From the NCBI GenBank assembly GCA_000934665.2, contig JYFJ02000590.1, positions 1 to 64,000 of the forward strand: DNA of 64,000 bases, written 5' to 3'. Each line of letters starts with the position of its first letter. The first letter of the stretch is position 1. Shown in pieces: positions 41,501 through 54,500 of the stretch. The translations under genes were made by a program, and so were the position numbers. Source of the stretch: Catajapyx aquilonaris. Its lineage: Eukaryota. The notes beneath the pieces were generated by a model that was not told where the DNA came from, did not search any database, and saw only the letters and a program-made list of their open reading frames with translations.

Positions 41501-44500
41501 TCGGACATAATACAGTAGTTGCCTTCCGGTGCTCCGACCCTTTTATTTAAAACGGTCCTTATTGCAAGACTCTCGGAAAGTCTTATGCAGGAAAATGTAA
41601 TTCCAGTGTACGCAGTAAGTGTGAAGCTATTAGCGGGTAAAGAGTGCGCTTCAGTTGATGTTAATGAAATAATCGCTAATTTGGAAATGTGCATTGTACA
41701 GATACGGGCCATTGCATTCAAAAGTAGGTCATGTTAGGTTCACAGTACAGGTTATATCCTGGACATTCATAGGGCGAATACATTTTTCCAGCTACGCAAT
41801 GATAGTTTATAGGTAATCGTTTTACGTTATCTCTTTACACATCTCTGAAACTTGATAACGCGATAACACCATCACTATACTGTTCACCTAATAGGCTTAA
41901 TTAGCGATAAGTTGATTTAAGTATATACAAGAGCCCATTTGCAACATCGTGTGAAATTTTGTAACACTACGCCATCTTGAAATCATTAGCATGGTGTGCT
42001 GGGAATGTGATGATTACTTAAGGCAGCAGCGTGAGTCATAAACAACAGCTTCATTTATATGTGGCCTACAGGCTATAAACTTCTTACAGCAGATGCATAC
42101 ATTAGGCCAGCCTAGAGCTTAAGGGAGAGCTTATACTCTTTGCCTGGGCATCCGGACACGAATCAGCTCTTTGAAAGTGTCCATGTCCTATGATATACGA
42201 ACAAAAACCGATGTAAGCTGATTATACCCATTCTACCGGGCATACATACATGCATGCGTGAATATGGCGCTACACATTTCCATACAGCAAAGGAAAATAA
42301 TAATTAACATCTCACCCTCCTGAAAAAACAGCACCCGTATAATAATGAACCTTTGCTTTCAACGTGAGGCCCCCGATATTTTCAGTTTTACGACAAACTA
42401 TTGATACAGTACTAGGTCAATATACTCCGCCCCACAAATACAACTGGGCCAGACACTGATATATGTGAAATCAGAGCAGAAGGGGGGTGGGCCTTCTAGT
42501 GCTATTAATATTGGGCTCTCTGAAGATCCCTTTGCACAAACAAGAGACTTGCTTATTAGGCTTCATTAGGGAGGATGTAGGACCCTTAAGCAAACACTTG
42601 AACCGGCAGCCAAGAAAGCTTGCCTCTCGAGGGTTACACTGCAAACAGAAGTCCATGCTCCTAAGAACCCATAGATGATAGAGACGGCAAAGGACTGGCT
42701 TGGCCCGCCTAAATCTACAGCTTCTGGGACACCCAGGACTGGAACCCAGGGATCAATATTTTAATGGGATCTCAAAGAACAATTCGCCCATTCAATATTA
42801 GAGCATTAAAAATTCGGCTTTGATCACAAAAAAATTTTTTTTGCTCGTACTGCGGACTTCCATTTTTGGGGACCACGGGCCAGTAGTTCTGGCTCCGTTT
42901 TTTGGGAGTGGAAACTGTGGGCATGCAAGCGGGTCTCCCGACACTTCCAACCTATGGTGATGTGTAAGCGGGGGTCACACCAGCCAGCAGAAAGCTGTCT
43001 CAGCGCCAGCCAGCTGTAAACGGGACTCGCGGATGTCGGCCTGGGCTCAATGGAGTTGGTGGATGAACCTGCAGCTTCACCTGCTTTTATTCATGGCGGC
43101 AAGAAACGATTTCCATGTAGTCATCCATCACGGGTAATTGCGGCCGTAAATTTAAAGCTTCCAACCCTGCCTTTCCCCCCCCCCCCCNCAACCCCTACCA
43201 CCTTCCCACCTCCCCACCCCAACTTTCCCAGTGATTCCAGGCCTAATTACGGCAATTGCCAGGCAGATTTTTTAATTAGCTCACTTGGAGTGTCGTTTGT
43301 TGGATTATGAGGTGGTAGTGGTGGCGGAAAAGGGAGGAGCAGGCAGGAAAAAAATTGTGGACGAGATTTATATTTTCATCCTGCAAGACTAGAGTGACGA
43401 GAATCTTTAATCTGCTGGATGCTGCTGAATGTGGTTGAAATGCTGAGAGCCATGTAATATCGTATGACCAAAAAGCACAATTTTCTGGGCACATTTTTGT
43501 AACCATGGAACGCACAAAACTTGAAAGAAATTTAATATAACGAACAGTACTTTAAAAAATTTAAATTGTCAAAATACAGGAAAAATATTATTAATACGCT
43601 TTAAGCTGGTCACCGTTTGCACACATGCTGAGAATTTACACGAGTCCTATGATATTTGCCCTTTACCCATGCAGTTCTATCGACATGGCTTTTTGCCAGA
43701 GGGATAATCCAGACGAGCTCAATAATTTCAACAGTAAGGATTCATGTGGAGAGAGAGTGGGCAGGCAGACAGAAATTGAGCCGAGGAAATGAAGTAGCTG
43801 CTTCATGCACATGCAACACACACAACTTCAGCAAAATATCAGCTCGCAAACAGTGTAATAAAATAACAAATTATTGTTCAATCTAGCAGTTGTTTTTTAA
43901 ACAAAATCTGATATAACCGTCTGTTTCGAACATATTTCAAGCTGTAAAAAACGAATCCAGCAGCACAAAAAAAATCAATATCATGCTCAAGTGGAACAGA
44001 AAATTTAATTGTTTCACCCAACGGAACGGTTCGCATGCAGGACGATGCCGTAGAATTTTTTTGACCATTCGTTGTGTGTGTGTGCTTCAGAATGGACGAG
44101 CGGGTCATGTGAAAGCGATCGCCCAATGCTTTCAAATTATCATATGTATGGGGGCCAGTATAAAGATAAGGACGAGCCTCGTATTCAAATCAGCAGAGTA
44201 GTTTGTACTCGCTTAACGGCTGATAGGAGCAATATATGAAGGTGTTTTAATGAACTTGCGAAATGTGCGGAGCGACACGAGGGCCGAAACATGTATCAAT
44301 TTTACATTAATAACGCACTCAGTCATTTTCCCCGCCAACGTTTACAGCCACGTTTCGCTAATGTTATTGGCTCAGACTGTGTGGAGAAAATTTTTTTACA
44401 ACATGCAACAAGCCTCGCAACAGGCGCATTATTATTACTTATATCCCTTACACATTCTGAGAATTTTATTACCAGGGTTCGACACGTTCATTGACGTTTT

Positions 44501-45606
44501 ACATCGCTCGATAACAATTTAAGAGCCGTGCTCCAGTGACCAAGTAACCGTAGAGACGCAATTATGACATGAATATATACATGCCAGCAGGCAATCCATC
44601 TTTCAGGAAGCAAACGAGGCCCGTCAAGCAGGGGTAGAAAACGGGCCTGTTCCAGGAGCCTTTTTGTTTCCCCAAACGTGCCATAAAGAAGTGGCCCGGC
44701 TCCGATTTCCATCCGTCCTGCACATACGACCGAGCCTTCCGCGCACATGCATCGTTACCACAGTCGGATGAACAATAGAGCCGAGGATAATCTGGCCATG
44801 TACATACATTGGACATCCAAGCCCACTTGTCGTCCATATTGTGCTCGTTGTTCCGGGCAGACCCCAGATATCGCCGCAACTGGGACACGCACTATGGCAG
44901 GAAAGCAGCAGGGTGGTGCACTGCCCAAAGTCCAGGCCACAAGTCAAGCCAGAAAACTACTATTGAACACACATACATTTATCGCATGCAATAAGAAAAT
45001 TCAGCAATTTTTGTGTCTATTTATTTGGTGGAGTCAAATCCACACTTTTTTCCACCATGTGCAGTGTGAACTTGGGCAATGCACCACCCTGCAACTTCAG
45101 ATCCTGGCAACGCAGCAAACCCTCGAAAATTTACACTTTCGGAGCATTCCCAAGTTTTGGAGGCGTCAGCCAGGAGATTAGGAGGAAACATTTATTTGCT
45201 AAAGCACTTCAATAAGGTCCAAAAACTCCGATACATATATCTCCTGGCTGGGAATTGCCTTTCCTTCCCTACCGACGACAGCGAGTTGTCAAAAGGACAT
45301 AACGCCTAATGTATGGTTGGGGGGCTTTTAAAGACCGCCTATTCAGGGGTGACATCCAATGAAAAATTGGCCATTCCTTCACCACTACCGCCCCCCCCCC
45401 TTTAAAAAAAAGTTCGGGGCCTTAAACCCTGCTCCTTTTCGGAGGCGAGGATGGCACCAAGTTGTGATACTGTCACATGTTATGATAGGCGTAATAATTG
45501 GCCGGTTAAAGTTATAAAACGAACAATTTTTCATTTGCTGATTTTTCTTAATTTTTTCTTTTTGTTTTCTAACACTATTGTAATTGAACGAATGTTTCTT
45601 CCGCAG

Positions 45607-45710
45607 AGGCGATGCTGCCAAAGTTCTCGGAGCCCATCCCGAACGTGACCGTGACCGTGGGCAGAGACGCATTGCTTCCTTGCGTTGTGGAAAATCTCCG
45701 AGGATACAAG
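45607..45710 (+). CDS. DIP-delta: Coding exon, first part of Ig domain 1 of a DIP/lachesin-like Ig-superfamily adhesion protein
   Basis: Acceptor tttcttccgcAG, donor AAG|GTAACG, 104 nt, phase 1 to 0. Translates (E)AMLPKFSEPIPNVTVTVGRDALLPCVVENLRGYK, the typical DIP Ig1 start (P-x-F-x-EPI-x-NVTV-x-VGRDA-x-x-x-C-x-V-x-NL-x-x-YK) with the first Ig cysteine. This frame is absent from the supplied ORF track. Confidence 0.93.
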
Positions 45711-46133
45711 GTAACGTAACCTTCTACTATAAAAACCATCGCATTTATCAACTGCACATAACTAGTGTATACGGTACGTCGCATCCATCTTTATTCACTT
45801 TGCAGCGGATCCACGCCCCTGCTTTGCATTTGGAAAACAGATTGTAACGGCTCTGGCAAAGTGCTAAATGAAGCGCCCAAATTCGGGGAGGGCCGTAAAG
45901 TTCTTTACAAAACATTTGTTCTCATTTACGGCCGGACTCTAATGGCTTGTCCAATCATCTACGCATACTTAATAAGATTCATCCGTGTTTGCCTAAGGGG
46001 TGTAATTGTCGCGGAATAACCGCGTTGATTGTGAGTTAAATCGGGAGGGGACCGACCTTCCCAAAAGCCACGGGGGACTCCGCGAAATTTTTGGTCGACT
46101 GGAACAATACCGCTGGCCTTTTGGGAGGATGTA

Positions 46134-46398
46134 CAGGGTGAGTCAAAATTTCAACCGCCAGTGGGTAGATTGGCCTAGTACAACTCTGAAATGTAGAGGC
46201 CAAAGAAGTCGAAAAACTAACTTGTAACGACTTAGACGAACACGAACATTCAGGTGCACCTTAGACACACGCGGCCACAGGTCACAGTCGGTAGCCTACT
46301 TATTGACTTCTCGACGTTTCTGACCTCTGCATTTTGGTCTTGTCTTGGGCCAATCTACCCACTGGCGGCCGTATAACAGGACGTTCTGACTCACCCTG
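46134..46398. mobile_element. 265-bp Tc1/mariner-type MITE with long imperfect inverted arms
   Basis: Terminal CAGGGTGAGTCA / TGACTCACCCTG, left flank TA, right flank CA (likely a mutated TA). Perfect internal 21-bp inverted block CCGCCAGTGGGTAGATTGGCC / GGCCAATCTACCCACTGGCGG, with further similarity over about 80 bp. Confidence 0.85.
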
Positions 46399-47084
46399 CA
46401 TACCTTCCCAGCCCCACTTTTTTTTTGGCAGTCGTTCCATGCAGTTGGATGTCCCTGGGTTATTCCCGGAGAAAAATCATCCCCTTTTCAGCTGGATTCC
46501 GTGCCGGCCCATCCATCACGCCGGTATCATCCTCTTCGCACTAGCAAGATTTCCGGGTGCTCCAGCACTGGGAAACCCCCTTCCCCCCTCCCCCACTTTT
46601 AGCCTACGGAAGGGATACGCGAGTTGGGTCATTTCATCTCTTTTTTTTAAGGGGGACTTCCTAACTTTTCTGTCCTATCAGGAAACTTGGGGGTCTTTGT
46701 CTCCGGTTCGACGATAGAATCATATCTGCTAATTTGGTAGACCACGCTAACCGAGGGTATTTGTCGGGGGATTAGGAGAAAATATTTCCTCAATAAACCT
46801 AGATGGTGCTTTTGGCAGAGGAGCAGTTTGCGACAGTCAGCGTTACGTCACTTGGTCGATCACGCAATGTAGCATAAGTTTTACCTGTTTACAAACCACG
46901 ACAAAATGATTTTTAACGTGCTAATATTTGCACAATATATTAACATAACTCTTAGCAATACAGTATAATTGAACTTGTAAGAGGAGATCAAATTTTTGCC
47001 AAACAGCTGCAATAAATATTATTTCAGGTTTTTATGCACTCTGAATTTTTGAAATACGAATGAATTTAATTGTTGTCATTCTTG

Positions 47085-48060
47085 CAGTAGATGAGATGTG
47101 CCTAATATGGAATACCCATCATGTGTTATTACTAATACTAACTACTACAAGGTGCAAAAATAAATGAAAATGTCTGAAACGTACAACAATTCAATTATTA
47201 CAAAAACGTGTTATCTCTTAGATACTGAAGAAAAAATACCATCAGTATTGCATGGTGTTTTTTTCCATATTCTAATTGTTCTGAAACATTACGAAAACCA
47301 CCCGTCAGAAAAAGTGTTCATAATGTGGAATACCTCCTTTATTGACAGAAATCGCATACAGATCGGGTGTAAGGAGTATTCTATTTGCCGTTTCTTAGTC
47401 ATGGCTCACATGCCCTCGCTTGTTTAGTAAATGAGACAGATTTGTGCGAGGCACATCACACATTACTGATAATCCCTAGTATTCCATCTTCTTGCATACA
47501 GCAACAATATAATTATCATGGCTTTAGACATGTGGTCAAGGTTCTAATGCCTCTCTTTCACCCATTTCGTGGCATTTTGATGAGTGTATTATGTGATAAA
47601 TTGCAATGTATGACACTGACATTCATTAAGTTGCGTGCTCCTTGTGTGGAATAACATCCCACATTGGGCAAGTCCATGTATTCCACATTAGGCACACAAT
47701 GGATGCCATTATTGTGAATAATATTTTTCCATGCATAATTGAAATGCACAAAATACTCAGTTATAATTTTTACCTGCACTGATTCTACAGGCCTTACTGG
47801 TGACCGTCGTGACAACAGTTTTGCCTGGGTAATAGGAACACGGCAATAGATGTAGATCTCTAAGATAAAAATATTTTTGCATGTGGTCAGAAAAAGTGTT
47901 TCATCTGTTTTGCTAGAAATGTTAATTGATTCACCGTTTCTCTACACCGTCCCTGGAGTTTCTCTAAGCAGAACTCTATTTCGTCAGAGTGTCGACAGGT
48001 AACACGTAGTGTTTTTCAAATAAGCCGGTATTCCACATTAGGCACATTTCTTCTACTTTG
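47085..48060. mobile_element. ~975-bp non-autonomous DNA transposon with 31-bp TIRs and inner repeats (possibly pogo/Tc1-mariner superfamily)
   Basis: 47086-47116 AGTAGATGAGATGTGCCTAATATGGAATACC versus the reverse complement of 48027-48057 AGTAGAAGAAATGTGCCTAATGTGGAATACC (28/31). Internal copies of the TIR core at 47321-47334 and 47678-47696. Right flank TA, left flank TG. AT-rich interior with no transposase motif seen. Confidence 0.8.
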
Positions 48061-48549
48061 TAATATAATAACATTCAAACAATTATATCGTTCGTACTTT
48101 ATAAAAATCGGAATGGTACACGTTTAAAAATGTATAGGTACTTTAATTGAAATACATGTATTTTCTGACTGTTAACTTCCAGGAACATAATAATGTTAGC
48201 AATTTTAAAAATAGAAAGCTAATAATTTTGAAGTGAAATAATGTTTGAATGGCAAGTGATATTTGCCTGAAAGAAATATTATAAACAGTCTAAATATAGA
48301 ATCTCTGATCTATAGAGATGTTGTATGTGGTTGCCATTTGCATGATATCGCAAAAATACTCTGCTGGCAGTTACACCTAAACATATTTCACGCGAAGTAA
48401 GCGTACGAAACATGAATTCCAACTCGGATCACACGCTCACAGTCGAGTCTGGACGGGCCCCCCATTTAAACTTTCTGCTCGTGTATGGTGGCCTTAAGCT
48501 TGTCTCACGCACTGGAAAACGCGGCTTGCCTTCAAGAAGCGGCGTGAAG

Positions 48550-48572
48550 GAAGAAGAAGAAGAAGAAGAAGA
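48550..48572. repeat. (GAA)7 microsatellite
   Basis: Read directly from the sequence. Confidence 0.9.
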
Positions 48573-51500
48573 CGACCTTCCCTGATATGACTTATGGGAG
48601 GCATGGAGGGCGAATAATTCAAAACCGCCGCCTAAATTACGGCCGCTATCTATCACCGGAGGTAATCCGACTAGACGTGTCACTATTGACGTATAGCTTG
48701 GATTTTCTAATAGTAATCAGAGGGAGATTTTCGCTCCCTGCGACTGGAACGGTTTTCCTGCCGTCGGGATCTTCCCCGCTAAGGCCCTCCCATCTAAATC
48801 CTATTTAAGGTCCCAAATCTCCTTTATAATTAGGCCAGAGAAAGACTTAAACATTACAAGATTTTATGCAACAAGCATGCAGTTTTATCTTCTTTCATCG
48901 CAGTGATTCTCGTTAACAAGGATAGAGTTACAGTCTATATTCAGGAATCCAGTATGCTGTATAGACATAAAGGCAAAGTTTGACATTTCAACGGATATAC
49001 TGATAATAATTTCTTTTTCCCATAATGCAAGGCGTGTATCCTAACTCTTATGAGCTACCCAAGCGACACAACTGTGCAACGGAAAGCCTGACTTTCAGGA
49101 TAATTTTTTTCGAAACGAGGTCATGTGTATACTGCAATAGGACGACATTCAGAAAATTAATGTTACGTAAATATTTTACATTGCAGCAAACTTTAATTAA
49201 TGGGTATTGAACAGTCATTAAAAATAGCTTTCACATCCCTCGAGAATTCGTGTATCAGAATTGAAAATAACATTTCATGATAGATAATTATTTTTTCTTG
49301 TCTGAAAAATTGCTACAAATCAATTGTTTCACGACCATTAATATTATCCTCTGACACTTTCGCTCAATTTAAATTAGGCCACCAAATTAAATTCCTGTAC
49401 AGATTCGAGGCGCGATACGGGCCAACAAAACATAACAAGCAGATATCATTTATCACTTGGGCATATTGACCGCCATAGCTTGTAATTACAACAAAGCCTA
49501 ATGCGTTTGCGTTATTGGTTTGTGAGAAAAGAAACATCTGTAACTGAATGCACCAAGTGAAAAATCAGCCTCAGCACCACTCGTGTGAGAGAGAGGAGAC
49601 TTTGTTATGGATTGCTCAGTCAACAGCACATCTTCCTTAATTAAACCTACCCCTCCTCTCAGCATTTCCTGAATGTGCCGATACGAAAGGCTTCACTCGC
49701 ACTTTGGACTGCGATCCTGTCGTTCCTCTTCCGGAGCTTTACCTGCCACCCCGTTGTTGCGAATTTGTATACTCTAACCCCCTCTTAATTGACTCAAGGT
49801 GAATCCTCCCCGTGTTATTTCCCCCTAATGAAATGCCATTCCTCGCTTGCTGCTCCAGCATCTCCGAATCATTTGTATCGGGCACAAAGCATACTTCCTC
49901 AGCTATCACAGAAGAAAGGTTCTAACACTATAAACTCACATCAACTTTTATCGAGAAGTGTGGAAATTTTTAGAGCATGTTTAATTTTAAATATGTAAGC
50001 CTCATAGAGAAACATATTGCTCGCGACTGTACAGTTTTACTTCTCTTCCCCCCGTTGTCATTCCTACAGGTCCGGATTAGCCAAGAAGTGGAAGAGACGT
50101 GGTTTTTTTTCTTAAAGCAGAAATTGTTCCCGCGGGAAGAGTAGGAAGGGGGAGAAGGTTCGTTTTTCTTGTTACACCGAACTAGGAATCTCTAATGGAC
50201 ATAAAAAGCTTTTTCCTCCCCCAGTTTTTCCATACCGGCTTCGATTGCTAAGGTTTAGAGTGAAAATGCACTCACTTCTTCCCTCCCCTTCCAGTCCCCA
50301 AACTTTCCAAACTGTTTGTTCTGAGCTAAGGGTTTGGAAATGAACATGATCCTTACCCTCTTCCTTCTGGAAGTGACTTTTAATACTGGAACCACACTGC
50401 GGGGTTTATCAATCCGCATTGGTTTTACCCTCCAAACCATTGTTAATTCCCGGGCTGATCTAATCACCTCTCAAGCATGCTACATGCCCAGGACCTAATA
50501 GATAAAATAATGGCTCCATAATTTCCAGTATCAACGTGTGGCAATTGAATTACAATTATGGTCATTTATAAAATGGCCTGGGGATTATATTTGAAAGTTT
50601 AATTATGTTATTGGTAGTGTGTGCGGTTGGATGTTTACGTTCGAAAACCGCCCATTCATACCGGGGCAGAAAGGGCAGCTGTTGGCGATTCCATCCAACC
50701 CTTCAGCGCCGGGTAAAAAATTTAAATTCACGGGTGCACATGGGACTGGCGTTTTTTTTTTTTGCAACGCGGTTGTGCCGCGCCTGCCCGCGTGCGTTTT
50801 GCCTCAGGGTTTTTTTTAAAAAACCGAGGCCTAAGATTTTATTCACAACTGGTTAAGTAGCGGAACCGCAAACGTCATCTGTAAATTGCACCTGAGTTTA
50901 CTTGTCGAGGGCAGACGTCGGGAAGGAGTTCAAATTAGGAATGTGTACAATAATTTTTAGTCGTGTCTCCACTATTATAATCGAGTTCAAAACCATATTC
51001 TTAAACTTAACGTTTAGGAAGATTTTGTTAAATTTTCCGAAAATCTAAAATAAAGGTGACTTTTCAGATAATAATTTTTCGATCTAAGAAGCTCACTTTT
51101 AAGTTATTGAGAAAGTTTATTTTTTGCTGCCAATATTAATTATTAGGTTACGTGGATCTATCCATTTTTTTCTATTCCTTCATGGGAGCCAGCAGAAAAA
51201 TAAGTTTTATCACTGATGTTCGATTCCTATTGCTTCAATGGATCATTCCTAATCTTCAATAATAATTTAATCTCAGAGTTTGTAAGGATGATTCGATTAG
51301 GCTACGCTCGTGATAACTGTTAAGAGTATCATTCATTTCTAGTAATTGCTTAAAATGGAAAAGTCTATGACTAAAATGAACACTATTTTAGTAATATAGG
51401 TTTAGTCAACTGGTAGAATATTTTCACTGTAAAGGAGTTCAACCGAATAAAGAGTGAAACCCAGTGAAAGTTATTTAGAGGGTATTGGTGCCCTGTATTT

Positions 51501-54500
51501 TGTTGACATAACACAGGGACCAATAGCTTATTGTAGGTAAATATTGTAATATTGCACTGCCTGCATGAATTTTAAATATTAATATTTCACAATCCCCGAA
51601 CATAATAATGCTGCACCTGGCTTTTTCAAAACGTAACATTGACACACATTACATGTGAATACACGCGTGTTAAATGAAGCAACCAACAGCACAGGTTTAT
51701 TTTGCTAAATGTTTTATTCAGTGTTACAGTGCCATTGCAAAAATGGGAGGTGTAACTTTTTTATTCACTCGAAACTTTGCAGGAAAACGTACAAAATTAT
51801 GTTTCCATTCCAGCTCTCAAAATGAATTAGCCACATATTCGGAAAGTAAATACTTATTTTACTGCTCCTAACATGACGCTGAAGTTGGCAAATGTTTTTG
51901 TTACTGTTTTAATCCACCGCGTGATCTTTTAAAACAAACTAAGCAACAGGTTACTTTGAACATGCTGCGTATATTTTTGGTGACAGTAATCAGCATGCTT
52001 ACGTAGGCATACAGTATATCCCGTAATAAATATTCACACTTGCTTAACATTGCTCATCCTGGCTTTTACAGCTGCGTACGTAAGGCGAATTTATTAGCCG
52101 GAGAAAATACCCTCGTATACGTTCATATGAACTGCGTAATGCTCAGTACACGGATCTAATTCAGAGGCACGTCTTTCTATTTAACGAGGTTCTCAGCGGG
52201 ATAGGCTCCTGCGCCAACTGTGTTGACCATGGATGGAATTGCAAATATTTCCTCATCATTTTCCACGTGAACTCGCCAGGCACGCATAAACTGCCACAAT
52301 GTTTATTAAATCATTGTCTAATTTTCCACCGAATGTACAGCACCAGCCATACGACCAGTTTCCATACAATTGGCGCGTTGTTATTATTTTCAAGCTCATC
52401 GCACGGCGCCTGTGTATATGTTGCATAATTATAATTGCAGAGGTAAGCCAGAGGACTCAACCGCCAGATCCCACCACGGCTCAGCAGACATTTCCGCGGT
52501 CCGCAAGGCAAAGGTGGAGGCAAAGAAAGTCAAGTCAGAGGGTCTGGTTATTAATGGCTTAAGCAAGTGTGTAATTGACTGCTGAGGGTCGTTAGTCGGG
52601 TAGGAGGAGCGGGTAATAATTGCAAGGCGGTCACCTCTCTTCGCATCCCAGACACATAAGGAGAGAGCTCTTCCTCTTCATCTCCTGGAGTTTGCAGTGG
52701 GTGGTAGGGGAGAGGCCGCAGTAGTGGGGGGAGATGGGGAAAAGCAAGTTTGCGGTGGCCAAACTCCACATTAATCATATTGCACCGCTGCTGCTAATGT
52801 GGTGCTGAAAGACATTTGGGTTTGCTGGTATTAGCTGGGATGAGCCCACTTGAATGACGGCTTCTCCCAGACTTTGCTCCTCCGGCGAGGGACTCTGGGA
52901 ATCACAATGGAGCACCCGACTGGAACTATTCTAACGTCGAGCCGCATTTTCGAGTTGTGGAAGGTGGAAGGGGAGGGGGGGGAGAGGGAAAGAGGGGTGG
53001 AGACCTGTCATACGTCCTTCGTGCTTGGAAAGCGTTATAATTGCGGCTAATTTTCTCCGACATTCCCCGAATATTGTTCTTCCTTGTGAACACGCGTTTC
53101 TACATGCTGGTTATGCAGTTCCCAGGCGCTTTCGATTGCTGCCACAAGGTTAATTAATCCACTTGGCATATTCGACACGTGGAAAAGGGGATGGAATTTG
53201 GGGTCCGGGCGGATAGGTGGCAGAGTTTCCCTTTGTAACATGTGGGTGAAGTTTTGATGGGTTCTCTCTGTGCTCGTGTGGGCTTTGTTGGAGTTCTGTT
53301 TCCTCCAACCGTCAAAATAATCGATAAATATTAATATTATTATTTATTATTATCAAAGGTTATTAAAGTCTGGCATTATGACGTAAATTACCATCCTTTT
53401 AATTTAATTTGTACAATTTTTTATTACACCAGTGAGTAAAAAGAAGCTAACAAGGAAGAGAAAGCAGCTTAATTTGTGTACAAAGAAGTGAGTTTACTTA
53501 CATATAGAGTGTTTGAAGACACCGTCGTTCGATAATGAGCTGAACATTAGCATAAGCTTATCCTTGGGGAATATCCCCATCATTATTACAAAGCTTTCTT
53601 TCCCCTTCCCCCGTCTTTCTTCTTTCAAACCGAATTACTGGATGCTAATTAGCCTTTTTTCCATGTCCTTTTCCCCTCCCCCCACAGGTGACGTGTAGCA
53701 CTTCTTATCCTTTTATGGGACCCACAGACTGTGTAATAGGAGTTGGTTGGGGGGGGGGGGGAAGTCACCTCCCTTTAAATTGGATGCGTTGTAGTAAATC
53801 TTTAGCTTTGTGATTTCTTGGGCGGCGAAGCAGCACTTCTCTGGCTTTACTTCGGATGGCTCCCAAATAATTTGTGGTCATTTCGTGGCTGAGTAACGAG
53901 TGGCAGTGTCTCTGCCATCAAGTGAGCCATGCGTTTCATTTGGAGTGTGCTCGTTCTTTCCAAGTGCGTTTAAAGCGCCTCGACCAAGGGCCTTGTGCTC
54001 TCATGGTCCGGATTAATGTTAAAGGGAACTGCTGACAGCCAACCAAAGCTAATTAAGAGTATCTCTTCTAAGCGGGGACTTTGCTCCAAATTTTAGCACT
54101 TCCGCATGTTCCGGGAGGGGGCCAAAGCATTCTTATTTAGTCCATTACTCTTCTCTCGAGATTTTTCCTGGAAACAAACATTTCAGGGCTGCGCCCATGG
54201 GAAGGGAAGGGCCCCTGTATTCCAAATGAAACGAATCCTAACGTGTTGCGGGTTGTGCCGTGGGAAACAGCAAGTGCGTTCTTTCTAATTTTGGCTGCAG
54301 GGAAGTGGGGGAGGCGGGGGCTGCATTTTTAACTTTGCCACCAGACAGAATTCCACGCATTACGTTCCACAGCTAAAATTACAAAGATTCTGGGGGCTCT
54401 GGCGCTGCAGCAGCTACAGTGTAATTTTTCAAAACCATTGTCAACACGACTCCAGTCACACACAGTGCTCGAAAAAATCCCCTGAAGTATTCCGGAACCG

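Larger units (their letters stand above)
5967..45606 (+). other. Large intron (39,640 bp) of the DIP gene
   Basis: GTGAGT donor at 5967, AG acceptor at 45605-45606, phase-compatible flanking exons. Depends on exon 5901-5966 being real. Confidence 0.6.

Noticed and set aside
43175..43189. Poly-C run containing an N at 43188
   Set aside because: Sequencing or assembly ambiguity in a homopolymer, not a biological feature.
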